NCBI GenBank assembly: GCA_028534125.1
Contig: CM052817.1
Location: forward strand, 97,962,001 to 98,026,000
Direction: 5' to 3'
DNA length: 64,000 nt
From: Lama glama
Lineage: Eukaryota
Each line of letters begins with the position of its first letter. The stretch's first letter is position 1. The notes beneath the pieces are model-generated. The model was not told the origin of the DNA, did no database searches, and saw nothing but the letters and a program-made list of their open reading frames with translations. Shown in pieces: positions 1-13,719 of the stretch. The translations under genes and the position numbers were made by a program.

Positions 1-604
1 TTTTTCATTAAGAAAAAAAAGCTTTCCATCCAACTTGGGGTATCTGATTTGAAATGGTATGTATTATCCCTCTCCTTTAGATTCCCAGGTCTGAGGAATA
101 AGACAGTAACGAGTTTTTCTAGTAACACAAATTTGACGGCCCACTTCCACTCAGTTTGAGATAGCAACTTCCTTGCCTTCTGCATTCTAAGTTATACCTT
201 ATGTCTGTCAGTCATAAAGACAAATAGTCTTTAGCTCTGGGGAGGCCATGATAAGGATAACTTCAAGGGAAATTTATGTCATGAAGGTGGCAGGATTGTT
301 TCAGGGAGGGAGTAATGTTTAAAATTGAACACAGAAAAGAAGTGTATTACGAGATTTATTTTGCAAAAATTTTTTTTTGTTAAAAAAATTTTTTTTGGTA
401 GAAAATCTGATAACATAACTGAAGCGTTCCTCCATGACTCAATTTAATTTTTATCAAGAAGAAACTGTTTCTACAAGACCAAATATACGTACCAAAAATT
501 TAAAACCGTATTTGACAAAACTAAAAAGAAAGGAATGATTGCCCAGTAGGCTTAATTTTGGTACATGTGATTGCTGGGTAGCTTCGTGACAATGAAAGGA
601 AGTC

Positions 605-850
605 CTCTTGGATAATGTTTAAGTGCCTAGACTCTGGGGTTAGATGGCCTGTGTTCATATCCAGATTCTACCACCAACTGGCTGTGTGACTTTGCATTTA
701 TTATTTCATCCCTTTAAGCATCAGTTTTCTTGGGGATAAACTGGGAATTAAGATTCTATTTACCTCATAATATTGTGAAGATTAAAGGAAAGATAATATG
801 CATAGAATACTTAGAACAGTGCTTGGATTATGGTAAATGTTCATTAACTG
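605..850 (+). mobile_element. MIR SINE fragment
   Basis: Degenerate MIR core (agactctggggttagatggcctgtgttcatatccagattctaccacc...gctgtgtgactttg...catcagttttct) and MIR-type 3' part (cttagaacagtgcttgg...taaatgttcattaa). Recognised by recall. Confidence 0.75.
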
Positions 851-1441
851 GTGGCAGTTGAACATCATGACTTCCAAGGGCATGTGTGTGGGGGGAGCTA
901 AAAGCTACCCTTTAAAAGCTGACTCCTGTTTCCCATGGCCATATGACCGTTTTCTTCTCATTTCTAAATATTCCCTATGAACATCTTTAAACACTTGGAT
1001 GTTATCTCTGTGGTTAATAAAGGAAATTCTTATCTTATTTAAAAATGTAAATTAGTTGAATGGTGAAATCTAGAATGAGATGCAGATTTGTTTTCCCTCT
1101 AGAAAATACCAGCTGTAGTCATCCACAGAATATCAGTTGCCATTACATCCATACATCCCCCCAAAATTGACAAAATGTATCCCCTGCCAGGGCCTCAGGG
1201 GTATGCAATAAATAATACAAGAGTCCTATCCACAAGGAGTTTTTCTTCTGTAGAGAAGATAGGACAAATATCAAAGCAAATATAATGTGGAAAAGAATAA
1301 GTGCCTGAAACATAGGGACAAAGTATGTTTGGAGTTCAGAGGATGGTATGATCCCCTGAATCTGTTGATCAAAGCAAAATTCATGGCAGAGGTAGCTATT
1401 GAACCAGGCCTTGAGTGATAGGAAGACTTGGTGTGATATTC

Positions 1442-2850
1442 AGAGGCACAAATATACAATGGAGAAAAGATAGTCTCTTTGGCAAGTGGTGTTGGGAAAG
1501 CTGGACAGCCTCATGTAAATCAATGAAGTCACAACATTCCCTCACACCATACACAAAAATAAACTCAAAATGGCTAAAAGACTTAAATATAAGACATAAC
1601 ATCATAAAACTCCTAGAAGAGAACATAGGCAAAACATTCTCTGACATAAACTGTAGCAATGTTTTCCCAGGTCAGTCTACCAAGGCAATAGAAATAAAAG
1701 CAAAAATAAACAAGTGGGACCTAATCAAACTTAAAAGCTTTTTCACAGCAAAGGAAACCATAAACAAAGTAAAAATACAATCTACGTATAGACTGGGAGA
1801 AAATATTTGCAAATGAAGCAACTGTCAAGGGCTTAACTTCCAGAATATACAAATAGCTCATACAATTCAATAACAAAAACCAAACAATGCAATCAAAAAA
1901 TGGGCATAAGACCTAAAGAGACATTCCTCCAATGAAGACATCCAGACAGCCAAGAGGCACATGAAAAAATGCTCAATATCACTAATTATTGGAGAAATGC
2001 AAATCAAAACTACAATGAGATATCACCTCACACCCATCAGAATGGCCATCATTAAAAAGTCAACAAATGATAAATGCTGGAGAGAATGTGGAAAAAAGGG
2101 AACCCTCCTACACTATTGGTGGGAATGTACGTTGGTGCAGCCAGTATGGAAAAGAGTATGGAGTTTCCTTAAAAAACTAAAAATAGCGCTACTATATGAT
2201 CCAGCAGTCCCACTCCTGGGCATATATATGGAGGAAACTCTATTCAAAAAAATACATTCACCCCAGTGTTCATAGCAGCACTATTTACAATAGCCAAGAC
2301 ATAGAATCAACCTAAATGTCTAGCAACAGATGACTGGATAAAGAAGATGTATTCCTTTATACATATATATACTCAGCCATAAAAAAAGAATGAAATGATG
2401 CCATTTGTAGCAACATGGGTGGACCTGAAGATCATCATACTAAGTGAAGAAAATGAGAAAGAGAAAGAAAAATACCATATGATTTCACTTAAATGTGGAA
2501 TCTAAAAGAAAAGGGACATTGTAAATGAACTTATTTGTAAAACAGAGACAGACTCACAGACATAGAAAACAAACATATCGTTACCAGGGAGAAAAGGGAG
2601 GGGTGGAGGGATAAACTGGGGGTGTGGGATTTGCCGATACTAATTACTATATGTAAAATATGTATAATACATAGCACAGGGAACTATATTCAGTGGCTTG
2701 TAGTAACTTGTAATTAAAAAGAATATAAAAAATGTGTGTGTGTGCATGTATATATATATAAATATAAATGACTGTATCACTATGCTGTACACCAGAAACT
2801 GCTACAACATTGTAAATCAACTATACTTCAATAAAAATGGGGAAAAAAGA
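1442..2850 (+). mobile_element. 5'-truncated LINE-1: ORF2 C-terminal region plus 3'UTR and A-rich tail (relatively young, disrupted)
   Basis: ORFs 1415-1816 ([16 protein letters not shown]...[16 protein letters not shown]...[12 protein letters not shown]) and 1961-2275 ([16 protein letters not shown]...[18 protein letters not shown], the cysteine-rich C-terminus) are L1 ORF2p. The frames are broken by stops. The 3'UTR ends ...caacattgtaaatcaactatacttcaataaaa followed by an A-rich tail. Confidence 0.95.
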
Positions 2851-3049
2851 AAATGCAACAGTGACAGCAATTGCATTAGTATCTTATTAGTTTTGATTTT
2901 TCTGGCCATAGGTTTGTGTAGCAAGTTATTTTTTCTGCAAGTGTTTTGCCTATGAGATAACGTTTAAGATAATTTGATTGTCCATGCTACGGGTTGTGGA
3001 GAGGTTGTTGGAGGGGTGGTTTCTTACTGTAACTGCCTCACCTCAAAAT

Positions 3050-5990
3050 TCACTCAGATAGACATATAAAAGTTAAAACTATAAAATTTCTAGAGGAAAA
3101 TATTAGAGAACACTTTGCAACCTATGGGTAGCTTTATCAACATTTGTAAATTATACCATATACAAATGAAAAATCTTTACTATCAGAAGAAATCATTAAG
3201 AAAATCAGACTAGGAGAAAGTACATCTATTCTGAATATATAAAGAACTCTTTCAATCTGATATAGACAACACAATTTTCAAAAGGGCAAAAGACTTTAAC
3301 ATGTATTATTCCAAAGAAGATATACAAGTGGCCAATAAGCAAATGAATAGATGTTCAACATCATTTGTCAAGACAAGGAAAATAAAACTGCAGTGAACTA
3401 CAACTGATTAAAATTAAAAAAGAAGGACCATATGAAGTGTTGATGAGGATGTGGAACAACTGAAAATCTCATACATTCCTGGTAAGAATGAAAGATGATA
3501 CAGCTCATTGGAAACACAGTGTGACAGTTCCTTACAAAGCTAAACACATATTATGCATGACCCAGGAATTCCACTCTTAGGGATTTACCCAAAGAAAATG
3601 AAAACACATGTCTACAAAAAAAGACAAAACAAAACAAAACACAACACAACAAAAAACTTGAACAAGAATGTACAAGGACTAGGATTGATATAACAAATAT
3701 ATTTAAAATAACTTACAGGAGCAGGGGATGTATATATTTTTTAAGGACAAATGGAGCATTTATAAAAATGTACTATGTATTAGGTAAAAATACCAGTCAC
3801 AACGCAATTCCAAGAATGGATATTATATAGATCACATTCTCCAATCACTAGAAAATATCAGTAAAACATATCTCCCTAAATTCACATATATTTAGTAATT
3901 TAAACACCTACTCATGGGTTATAGAAGGAAATACTATGAAAATTAGGAAATATTTTGACTATAATACTACAACATATTAAAATTGTAGGGGTGCAGTTCA
4001 TGCCATATTTAGAGATTAAAATACAGCTTTAAGTGTATTTATTTTTTAAAAAAAGTTAAACTTTCAATTTATGAAGCTACAAAGATAAGATCAGAATAAA
4101 CCAAAAGAAGTCAAAGGAAAGAATTAATAAAATAAGAGCAGATTTCAATAAGAGGAAAACAAAGAAATAATGGCAAGAATCAGGAAAATCCAAAGCTGGT
4201 TGCTTGAAAAGATGACTAAATAGACAAACTTGAAGCAGGTATGACTTAAAATAAACAAGTAAAAATAAACAAGATTAGGACTGGAAAGGAGGCTACAAGT
4301 GCAAAAACTCTGAGCCTTAAAAAATCCTAAGAAAATACCCTGGACAACTTTATTTCAACTTTAATGAAAACAGAAGAAATGAGAAATTTTCTGGGAAAAA
4401 AAGGTCTTTTTTTTAGAAATAGCCTAGCATAATGATTAAGAGTGCAGCATCTGAGTCATACTGCCTGGGTCTGAATCCCAGCTTACCACTTACACTGGGT
4501 CTTGAGCAAATTAATTAAACTCTCAATTTTTCCATCTGGAAAATGTGACTAATCATAGTGCTTTGCAGTACATTGGTATAAAGGCTGAAATAATGTTTGA
4601 AACGTGCATGGAATACCACCAGGCAAATATTAAGTGCTTGATACATGATAATGTTTGTTATTTTTGTTAGTATGAATTACCAACTCTAACTCAAGAAGAA
4701 CAGAAATAATGAATAAACCAATAGTAACTAAAAATTAAGGAGTAAAAACATACTGTGTCTATAGTCACCATTTGCACTGTTTTGTGTATGAGCTTTATCA
4801 GACTTTTATATAACAGTAGTTTTCAACTTTAATAAAGATCTTCAGAGAATTATGAAACAGGATAAGCTACTCGATACATTTTACAAAGCTAATATAACCG
4901 TGATATGGACAGTATAGTACTGGACAGAGACAGCACAAGAAAAAACATATAAACCATTGTCAATTAACAACATAGTTGTTAAACATAATTGAAAAAATAC
5001 CAAAAATTGACAAATTCAAGAGTATATTAAAAATACATTATGACAAAGTATTCTGTGAGATGAAGTTAGCACATCAGAGGGATCTATTAATGTAACACAT
5101 ATTATCTTAAAGGACGCAGAAAAAAATAAGTTGATAAAATTTAACAAATCATGTTAAAAATGTTTTACAAAGTAAGAGTGCAAAGAAGCTTCATATGTTT
5201 CTTAACTTAAATTCCTGGCAAAATAGGATTTGATGTTAAAATGTGTCTTTCAGAAATTTGCAGTAAACATCACATTTAACGTTAAGATTTTAGCAGCATT
5301 CCCATTAAAGCAAAGAGCAAATGGTAATTCCTGCACTCAACATTTCTGTTCAGTATTGTCCTGAGGCCCTACTTGTTACAAAAGGAAAAGACAAAGGAAA
5401 ACCAGAAGAACTGAAAAAGAAGAGATAAAACGTCCTTCATTAGGTGATATAATTATCATTTAATTGGGCAATATACAAACTTTCAGAACTAACGTGAATG
5501 CTAATGTTTCTTGATATGAACAAAATATACCTAAACATACAATGATAACCCTAACTCTGTAGATTGTTTTATTATATTATAGAAAAAAAATCTCATTTTT
5601 TTAGTTATAAAATATAAAAGGTATGTCAGAATAAGTATAACAAAATCTGTAAGAATTTATGAAGAAATTACAAAAAAAAATTACTGACATGAAAGAAGAC
5701 AGTAAGTAATGGAGAAAAATATGCTGTTAAGTTAAATATAAACTCAATATTGTGATGATATAATTTCTATGCAAAGGAATCAAAATATTTCAATAAAAAT
5801 CTCAATAGGGTGGTTTATGGAGGTAGATAAGTTGTTTCTAAAGTTAACATAGAAAAGCAAAAGGCAAAAGCAAAAACAAGACAAATTTGGAGAAGAATTA
5901 GTTAAAGAGAGGTTGGTCATAGCAAAACTTAGAAGCTATGGAAATGACAGTGTGACAGTCTGTGTGAATGCAGAGACTGGGAAAGAAATT
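3050..5990 (+). mobile_element. Old, highly decayed L1M-type ORF2 fragments, interrupted by a MIR at ~4420-4660
   Basis: A-rich strand with degenerate ORF2 motifs: caaagaagatatacaagtggccaataagcaaatgaatagatgttcaacatc, gacccaggaattccactcttagggatttaccc, aaaatccaaagctggttgcttgaaaaga, agcattcccattaaag. No long ORF. Confidence 0.8.
4420..4660 (+). mobile_element. MIR SINE
   Basis: agcctagcataatgattaagagtgcag...ctgcctgggtctgaatcccagct...tcttgagcaaattaattaaactctc...ccatctggaaaatg matches the MIR consensus pattern. Confidence 0.8.
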
Positions 5991-6740
5991 TCTTTTTTTC
6001 TGTATGACTACCTAACTATCTATCTATCTATCTATCTATCTATTATTGAAGTATATAGTCAGTTACAGTGTATCCATTTCTGGTGTACAACATAATGTCC
6101 CAGTGATGCATATACATGCATATATTCATTTTCATATTCTTTTTCATTAAAGGTTATTACAAGATACTGAATATAGTTCCCTGGGCTATACAGAAGAAAT
6201 TTGTTTTTTATCTGTTTTTATATATAGTGGTTAACATTTGCAAGACTCAAACTCCCAGTTTCTCCCTTCCCATCCTCTTTCCCCCAGCAACCATAAGATT
6301 ATTTACTGTCTGTGAGTCTGTTTCTGTTTTGTAGACGAGATCATTAGTGTCCTCTGTTTTTTCTTTTCTTTTTTTTTTCTTTTTTTTTTTTTTTAGATTC
6401 TGCATATGAGTGATGTCATATGGTATTTTTCTTTCTCTTTCTGGCTTACCTCACTTAGAATGTTGATCTCCAGGTCCATCCATTGTGCTGCAAATGGCAT
6501 TATTTTATTCTTTTTATGACCAAGTAGTATTCTATTGTATAAATATACCACAACTTCTTTATCCAGTCATCTGTTTATGGACATTTAGGTTGTTTCCTTG
6601 TCTTGGCTCTTGTAAATAGTGCTACTATGAACACTGGGTGCGTATAGCTTTTCGAATTAGAGTTCCCTCTGGATATATGCCCAGGAGTGGGGTTGCTGGA
6701 TCATGTGGTAAGTCTATTTTTAGTTTTTTGAGGAATCTCC
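5990..6740 (-). mobile_element. Young L1 3' end (antisense) with a (TCTA)n-derived tail
   Basis: Reverse complement of the same 3'UTR family as 1442-2850 (tattgaagtatatagtcagttacagtg...atagttccctgggctatacag...ttttttgaggaatctcca). A TCTA microsatellite at ~6016-6043 occupies the tail position. Confidence 0.9.
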
Positions 6741-6814
6741 AGAAAACAGTAGGGAAGAGTTTTTTTTGTTTGTTTGTTTGTTTTAATAGAACAAATCAAA
6801 ACAGGATTGAGAAG

Positions 6815-7060
6815 CAGTAAGTAATAGTCTCTAGAACATAATTACCTGAAATAAAACCCAGATTTCACCTCTTGTCAGCTGGATGACCTTGGGCAAGTTA
6901 CTTGACATCTATATGCTTCAGTTCCCTATATACAAAACAGGGATAAGAAGTTTGTTCATCTCTCAGGGTTGTTGTAAAGATTCAATGAGTTAATAAATAC
7001 AAGATTGTCTAAACAGGACCAAGCTGTCATAAGCATTCAATAATTTTTAATTATTATTTT
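6815..7060 (+). mobile_element. MIR SINE
   Basis: gctggatgaccttgggcaagttacttgacatctatatgcttcagttccc...ctcagggttgttgtaaagattcaatgagttaat is the MIR core. Confidence 0.85.
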
Positions 7061-7640
7061 AAAGAATTAATATTCAAATATAGAAAGATATCATAAAAAT
7101 AAGAAAAAAGACAATCTAATAGAAAAATGAGAAAATACTAGAATTTCAGAAGGTCATCCCAGTGTCCTATGAACATTAGAAAAGGTGATCAATTCATTAG
7201 TAATCAGAGAATACAAATTAAAATTACAGTGAGATTCCATTTCATGCTCATCAGATTGGCAAATTTCAAAGTATAGGGCTATGGAGCAGTAAAAATCCTG
7301 CAAACTGTTGGTAAGAGTGTAGGTTGCTACAATCAATATAGAGAGTAATTTGGCGTCATCAAGGAATGTTGATGATGCTCATACTAGGTAATCCAGCAGT
7401 TATACTCCTGAGATATAAACCCTAGTGAAATTTTAATAAAGTTGTTCCAAAAAACACATGCAAAACGATTCGTAACAGTATCGCTTGTAATAGTAAATAG
7501 GTGAAAGCAACCTAAGTATCTTTCAGTAGAGGAATGGATAAATAATATTGTTATTTTCATGTGTGAAAGTACTACACATGGTTATAGTGAATGAACAAGA
7601 GCTACATCCATCAACATGAACAGATATCAAAACATGATGT
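7060..7640 (+). mobile_element. Old L1M 3' ORF2/UTR fragment
   Basis: aattcattagtaatcagagaatacaaattaaaattacagtgagattccattt and gaaagcaacctaagtatctttcagtagaggaatggataaataa are degenerate L1 3' motifs. Confidence 0.75.
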
Positions 7641-7689
7641 TAATTGCAATTTGTGTATTAGATCCCATCTCGTCTCACTCAAACAGACC

Positions 7690-7880
7690 ACTATAAGAAT
7701 TTCTCTTTCCTGCATGAGCAAATTTTCCATTTCTACTGGGTTATTCCCATGGGCATACAGCTTGCTATGCTTATCCCTTCTCACATTGTCTCCTAGCTAC
7801 CATCACACTTCCTGCTACTTTATAGCAGAGTTCTTTGAAAAGGTTGACATTACTTGATGTCTATAATTCCCCTGCTCCCT
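7690..7880 (+). mobile_element. L2 fragment (left half of an L2 split by nested L1s)
   Basis: ttctactgggttattcccatgggcatacagcttgct...ctagctaccatcacacttcctgctactttatagcagagttctttgaaaaggttg resembles the L2 RT region. It continues at ~15130. Confidence 0.6.
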
Positions 7881-8904
7881 TCTTTTTCTTAATTTTTCTA
7901 AATTCTTTTACACATTTCAACAGCAGATGCCTCAAAGTATTATTCACAAGTTTTGTGTCTTCTTTTATCAGTTTTATACTTTCAATAGATAATAGTCAAA
8001 TATTTCATAAATTAAAAAAATAAATATTTTATATTCAGTAAAAACACTTTTTTTATCCTAGTCCTTTCTCTCCACTATTTCTACTCCTCTCTCCCAACTA
8101 TTACCCATTTTTTTGTTTTTTTTCAACTATTATTTGTTTCTCATGTATTATTCAGCTTATTTCCACACACACAAGCAAATGCAAATTTATTTATACTGAC
8201 TGATTGCTGAAGAATTCTTTTTTCAATTGATGTATCTTGGAAGCCATTTCATATTAGCACATAAAAGCTTTTCAATTATTTTTTTATGTGTCAACTAGTA
8301 TCTGATTGAATGGAGATACCATATAATTTTACCACTTTCTTATTGATGAATATTTTGATAGTTTCCATACTTTTGCATTTACAAACAATGCTGTTATAAG
8401 TCACCTTATATATGTGCTATTTTGCATGTGAGTAAACATATGTGATGAGATTCTAGAAGTGAAACTCCTAGGTCAAAGCAAAAATGCATTTACTTTTGAA
8501 AGATATTAGATATTACTAAATTTCTTTTCATAGGAATTGTGCCAATTTAAACTTCTTCTAATAATATGTGGGAGTACCTGCTTCCCTTAGGCCTTCCAAG
8601 AAGTTCTACTGTCAAATTATTACAATTTTTCTCATTATTATAGGTAGAAAATCCTAAGTAGTTTTAGCTTATGTTTATTGAAGTAAATCAAGTGAGTATC
8701 TTTTCATAGATAAAAAAATTTGTATTTCTTTTTCTGTGAATTACATGTTTTTATCCTTTATCATTTTTTCATTTGGGTTATTGTTCCTAGTTTCTAGGAG
8801 CTCTTTAAATATTGGCAATATTAGTCATTTTGTCTCACATATTTTTCTTTATTGTCACTGACTTTTAACTTTGTTTATGATTTTTTCCCAAGCAGAAGTT
8901 TCTT

Positions 8905-11900
8905 TTAATTTTTTATTATATTTTTATTTTTAATGAAGTATAGTTGACTTGCACTATTACATTAATTTCAGGTGAACAAGATAGCAAGTCTATATTTTTA
9001 TACAACATACTCCATACAAAGTTATTATAAAATATTGACTATATTCCCTATGCTATATATTAACTTGTTAGTTTTATACTGTAATGTTTTAGATTTATAC
9101 CTAGTAGTTTGTTCTTTTAATTCCTTTCACCTATTTTGCCCCTTCCCCACCCCTCTCTCCTCCGGTAACCACTAGTTTGTTCTCTTTATTGTGAGTCTTT
9201 TTCTGTTTTGTTATATTGGTTTGTCTGTTTTAGATTTAGATTCCACATGTAAGTGAAAACATACAGTATTTGTCTTCCTCTGTCTCGCTTACTTCACTAG
9301 GTATAATACCCTCCAGGTTCATCCATGTTGTTGTAAACAGCAAAATTTTACTCTTCTTTTATAGCAAAGTAATATTCCATTGTAAATGTACACCATATCT
9401 TCTTTTTCCATCCATTCGTTGATGGACACTTAGGTTGCTTCCATATTGTGGGTATTGTGAATAATGCTGCTATGAACATTGGGGTGCATGTATCTTTTGA
9501 AATTAGTGCCTTCTTTTTCTTCAGACACTTCCAAGGGGTGGAATTGCAGAATCATATGGTAGTTCTATTTTTATTTTTTTGAGGCTATACCAATTTACAT
9601 TACCACCAACAGTGTACAGGTGTTCACTTTTCTCCAAATCCTTGCCAACACATGTTATTTCTTGTCTTTTTGAGGTTAACCATTCTGATAGGTGTGAGGT
9701 GATATCTCATAGTGGTTTGATTTGCATTTCACTGTTGATTAATGAGATTGAGCACCTTCATGTGCCTGGTGGCCATTGGTATGCCTTTTTTTTTTTTCCA
9801 GAAAATTGCCTATTCAGATCCTCTGCTCTTTTTTTAACTGGGATTTTTTTTGATATTGAGTTTTATGAGTTCCTCATATATCTTGGATATTAACCCCTTA
9901 ACCGACATATGATTTGCAAATATCTTTCCCATTCAAAAGGTTGTCTTTTTGTTTTGTTGATAGTTTCCTTCACTGTCAAATATTTTAAGTTTGATTAGGG
10001 CTCATTTGTTTATTTTTGCTTTAGTTTCCCTTGTCTGAGGAGACAGATTCAAAAAAATGTTGCTGAGACCAATGTCAAAGATCACAGTGCTGATGCTTTC
10101 TTCTGTGAAAATTTTGGTTTTGGGTATTACATTTAGATATTTAATCCATTTTTTAGTTTATTTTTGTACATGGTGTAAGGAAATGTTCTCAAAGAAGTTT
10201 CATTCTTTCACAAGTAGCTGTCCAATTTTTCCACATCACTTATTGAAGGGACAGTCTTTTCCCCATTGTGTATTCTTGACTCCTTTGTCATAGATTAATT
10301 GACAATATATGCATGGATTTATTTCTGGGCTTTCTATTCTGTTCCATTGATCTATGTCTCTGTTTTTGTGCCAGTACCATACTGTTTTGATTACTGTAGC
10401 TTTATAGTGTCATCTGAAATCAGTGAGTGTGATACCTCCAGCTTTGTCCTTTTTTTCAACGTTGCTTTGGCTATTAGCGGTCTTCTGGGGTTCTAGGCAA
10501 ATTTTGGGATTATTGGTCCTAGTTTTATGAAAAATGTCCTCGGTATTTTGTTAGGGATCATATTGAATCCTTAAATTGCTTTGAGTAGTATGGACATTTT
10601 AATAATATTAATTCTTTCAATTCATAAACATGGGATATCTTTCCTTTAATTTGTATCATCTTTAATTTCCTTTATTAATATCTTATAGGTTTCAGAGGTA
10701 TTTGACCTCCTTGGTTAAATTTATTCCTGGGTATTTTATTCTTTTTGTTTTGATTGTAAATGGGATTTTTAAAATTTCTTTTTCTGCTAGCTCATTATTA
10801 GTGTATACAAATGCAACAGGTTTCTGTATATAACTGTAATATCTTGTCACTTTACAAAATTCATTCATTAGTTCTAATAGTTCTTTTGTAGTGTTTTCAG
10901 GATTCTCTCTATATAGTGTCATGTTGCCTGCAAACAGTGACAGTTTTACTTTTTCTCTTCCAGTTAGATGCCTTTTATTTCTTTTTCTTGTCTGATTTCT
11001 GTAGCTAGGACTTCCAATACAATGTTAAATAGAAGTTGTGAGATTTAGTAACCTAAGCTGTTCATGATTTAGTCCTCTAAGAAAGCTTTCAACTTTTTAC
11101 CACTGAGTATACTGTTATCTGTGGGTTTGTCATAAAGGTCCTTTATTACATAGAGTTATGTTCCCTCTAAACCAACATTTTTGAGAATTTTTATTATGAA
11201 TGGAAATTGAATTTTGTCAAATACTGCATCTATTGAGATAATCATGTGAATTTTATCCTTTGTTTTGTTAATGTGTTGTAACATTGATTTGCAGGTGTTG
11301 AACCATCTTGCTTGATCATGGTGTATAATCTTTTTTATGTATTGTTGAACTCAATTTGCTAGTATTTTGTTGAGAATTTTTGCATTTTTTTCATCAGAGT
11401 TATCAACCTGTAATTTTGTTGTTGTTGTTAGTGTCTTTGTCTAGTTTTGGTATCAGGGTAATGCTGGCCTCATATAATGAATTTGAAAGTGTTCCCTCCT
11501 CTTCAATTCTTTTGAATAGTTTGAGGATAGACATTAACTCTTCTTTAAATGTTTGCTAGAATTCCCCTGTGAAGCTGTTTGATTTTGGACTTTTGTTTGT
11601 TGGGAGTTTTGTCAAATTACTGGTGCAATTTCACTATCAGTAATTGGTCTGTTTAGATTTTTCTAGCTCTTCCTCACTCAGTCTTTGAAAAATTATATAT
11701 TCCTAGGAAGTTATCCATTTCTTCTAGGTTGTCCAATGTGTTGGCATATAACTGTTCATAGTATTCTCTTATCATTATTTCTATTTCTGTGATATTGATT
11801 TAATTTATCTTCTTTCATTTCTTTTTTTATTTATAATGTATTAGTTTCTGATATACAGCATAGTGATTCAGTTATATACATATATATGTATATATATACA

Positions 11901-12610
11901 CACACATACTCTTTTTCATATTCTTTTTCATTACAGGTTACTACAAGCCACTGTACTATACAGTAGGACTTTGTTTTTTTATCTGTTCTGTACACAGTAG
12001 TTTATATCAGCCAATCCCAAACTTCTAATTCATTCCTCCCTCCATCCTTCCCTCCCCTGGTAACCATAAGTTTGTTTTCTATACCTGTGCTTCATTTCTA
12101 ACATTCTTTATTTGGGCGCTCTTTCTTTTTTTTCCTAAATGAGTCTAGCTAAATTTTATCAATTTCATTTATCTTTTCAAAAAACCGGCTCTTGATTTCA
12201 TTCATCTTTTCTACTGTTTATTGGTCTCCATTTTATTTATTTCAGCTCTGACCATTATTAGTTCCTTCCTTCTGCTGACTTTGGGCTTTGTTCTTCTTTT
12301 TCTGACTCCTTCAAATGGAAAGTTAGAATGTTTATTTGAATTTTTTTTTTTTTTTGGTTTCTTGAGATAGGCTTGTACTGCCATAAACTTTCCTCTTAGA
12401 ACTGCTTTTTCTCTGCATCCCATAGATTTTGGAAAGTTGTGTTTCTATTTTCATTCATCTCAAGGTATTTTTTGATTTCTTCTTTGGTTTTTTCATTGTT
12501 TCATTGGTTTTTTAGTAGCATGTTGTTTAGTCTCTATGTGCTTGTGTATTTTCCTCCAGTTTTCTTTCTGCAATTAATTTCTACTTTCATACCTTTGTGA
12601 TTGGAAAATG
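8905..12610 (-). mobile_element. Intermediate-age 5'-truncated L1 (antisense, ~3.7 kb, ORF2 RT to 3' end)
   Basis: Minus-strand ORFs 10692-10922 (MTLYRENPENTTKELLELMNEFCKV...IKYPGINLTKEVK, just after the RT FADD motif, read as catgttgcctgcaaac at ~10920-10935) and 12211-12423 (KAVLRGKFMAVQAYLKK...KPKVSRRKELIMVRAEIN) are L1 ORF2p. The T-rich tail is at ~8905-8935. Confidence 0.93.
11823..12090 (-). mobile_element. Short L1 3' end nested within the 8905-12610 L1
   Basis: Poly-T head plus L1 3'UTR (tgatatacagcatagtgattcagttatatac...cccctggtaaccataagtttgttttctat), bracketed by the direct repeat TTCATTTCT at 11814-11822 and 12091-12099 (TSD). Confidence 0.88.
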
Positions 12611-13719
12611 TGTCCTATATATCTTGTTGATTTTATCTATTGCTTAAAAGAACTGGCTCCATAGCAAAGTTATGAAAGAATCACCCTAAGCCTTCTTCAG
12701 GTGCTTTTATTGATTCATTATTTAAAACATTTGCATCTTTGCATCCTTTGGAATTTATTAGTAGAATATGGTAAAAGTATATTTTATACATATGGTATAA
12801 GTAAATTTTATTTTTTTTCAGGTGGCAACTAGATTATTCCATTTATTTAATATCCTACCTTTTTAAATGCCAACTTTCGACTATGTCTAGATTTCTTTAT
12901 TCTTATATAGTGGTCTGTTTTGTCTATGTACATACAAGTATCACGTTGGTTTAATTGCAGGATTGAGGCTTTAAATACAAGGTTTTAATATCTAATCAGG
13001 CTAATCCTACCATCATTGCCCTTCTTTTTCAGAATTTCTTTCAGAATTTTTCAGAAATTCTTGTCTGCTTTTCCTAATGAACATAGTATCCATTTTTCTA
13101 GTGCTTCAAATCTCATTGGTATTTTTACTGGGAATCCATTGCACTTATAAATTAACTTCCAGAGAATTGACATTTTGTAACATTGAGGTTTTAACCGAAC
13201 AGCTTGGTATGTTATTCATTTGAGCAGCATTCCTTTCATCTGGTTTTGCATGTTTGTTTTGACAAGTTTCTTTCATATAATATTGCGTATTTCCTTTGAT
13301 TCCTAGGTATTTTCCTTTATTTTTTAATTGCTTATGAAAAATGAGTCTTGTTTTATTATAGCTCCAAACTGTTTATTGTTAGTTTATGTGAAATCTATAT
13401 TTTTAATATTAATTTATACTTTATCATCTTACGGAGTGATCTTGTTTGTGTTAGTTTAAGTTGATTTTCTTGGTTTTTCCAAGTATACAAATATAACATC
13501 TGCAAAAGTGATAATTTTACCTCTTACTTTCCAAATTTTATGCCTCTAAATACTTCCTCTTCTCTCATTATGTTGATGATGATGGTAGGCATTTTTTTTT
13601 TTTTTGGCATGATTTCTGTGTAAATGTCTCCAGTCCTTCCCCATCAAGTATGATGTTGACTTGTGGGCTGATATAGTCATATAGCATTAAGGAAATCTCC
13701 ATCCATTTTCATTATGTCA

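Larger units (their letters stand above)
7890..13690 (-). mobile_element. Old L1M (antisense), present at ~7890-8900 and ~12610-13690, split by a younger L1
   Basis: T-rich decayed L1 3'UTR/ORF2 (ttttgcatttacaaacaatgctg, ttctagaagtgaaactcctaggtcaaag) stops at agcagaagtt (~8900). It resumes in register after 12610 (...ggtatttttactgggaatccattgcacttataaattaactt...gagaattgacattt). Confidence 0.7.

Noticed and set aside
1415..2275. 133-aa and 104-aa ORFs as host genes
   Set aside because: They are broken pieces of L1 ORF2p in a 5'-truncated element.
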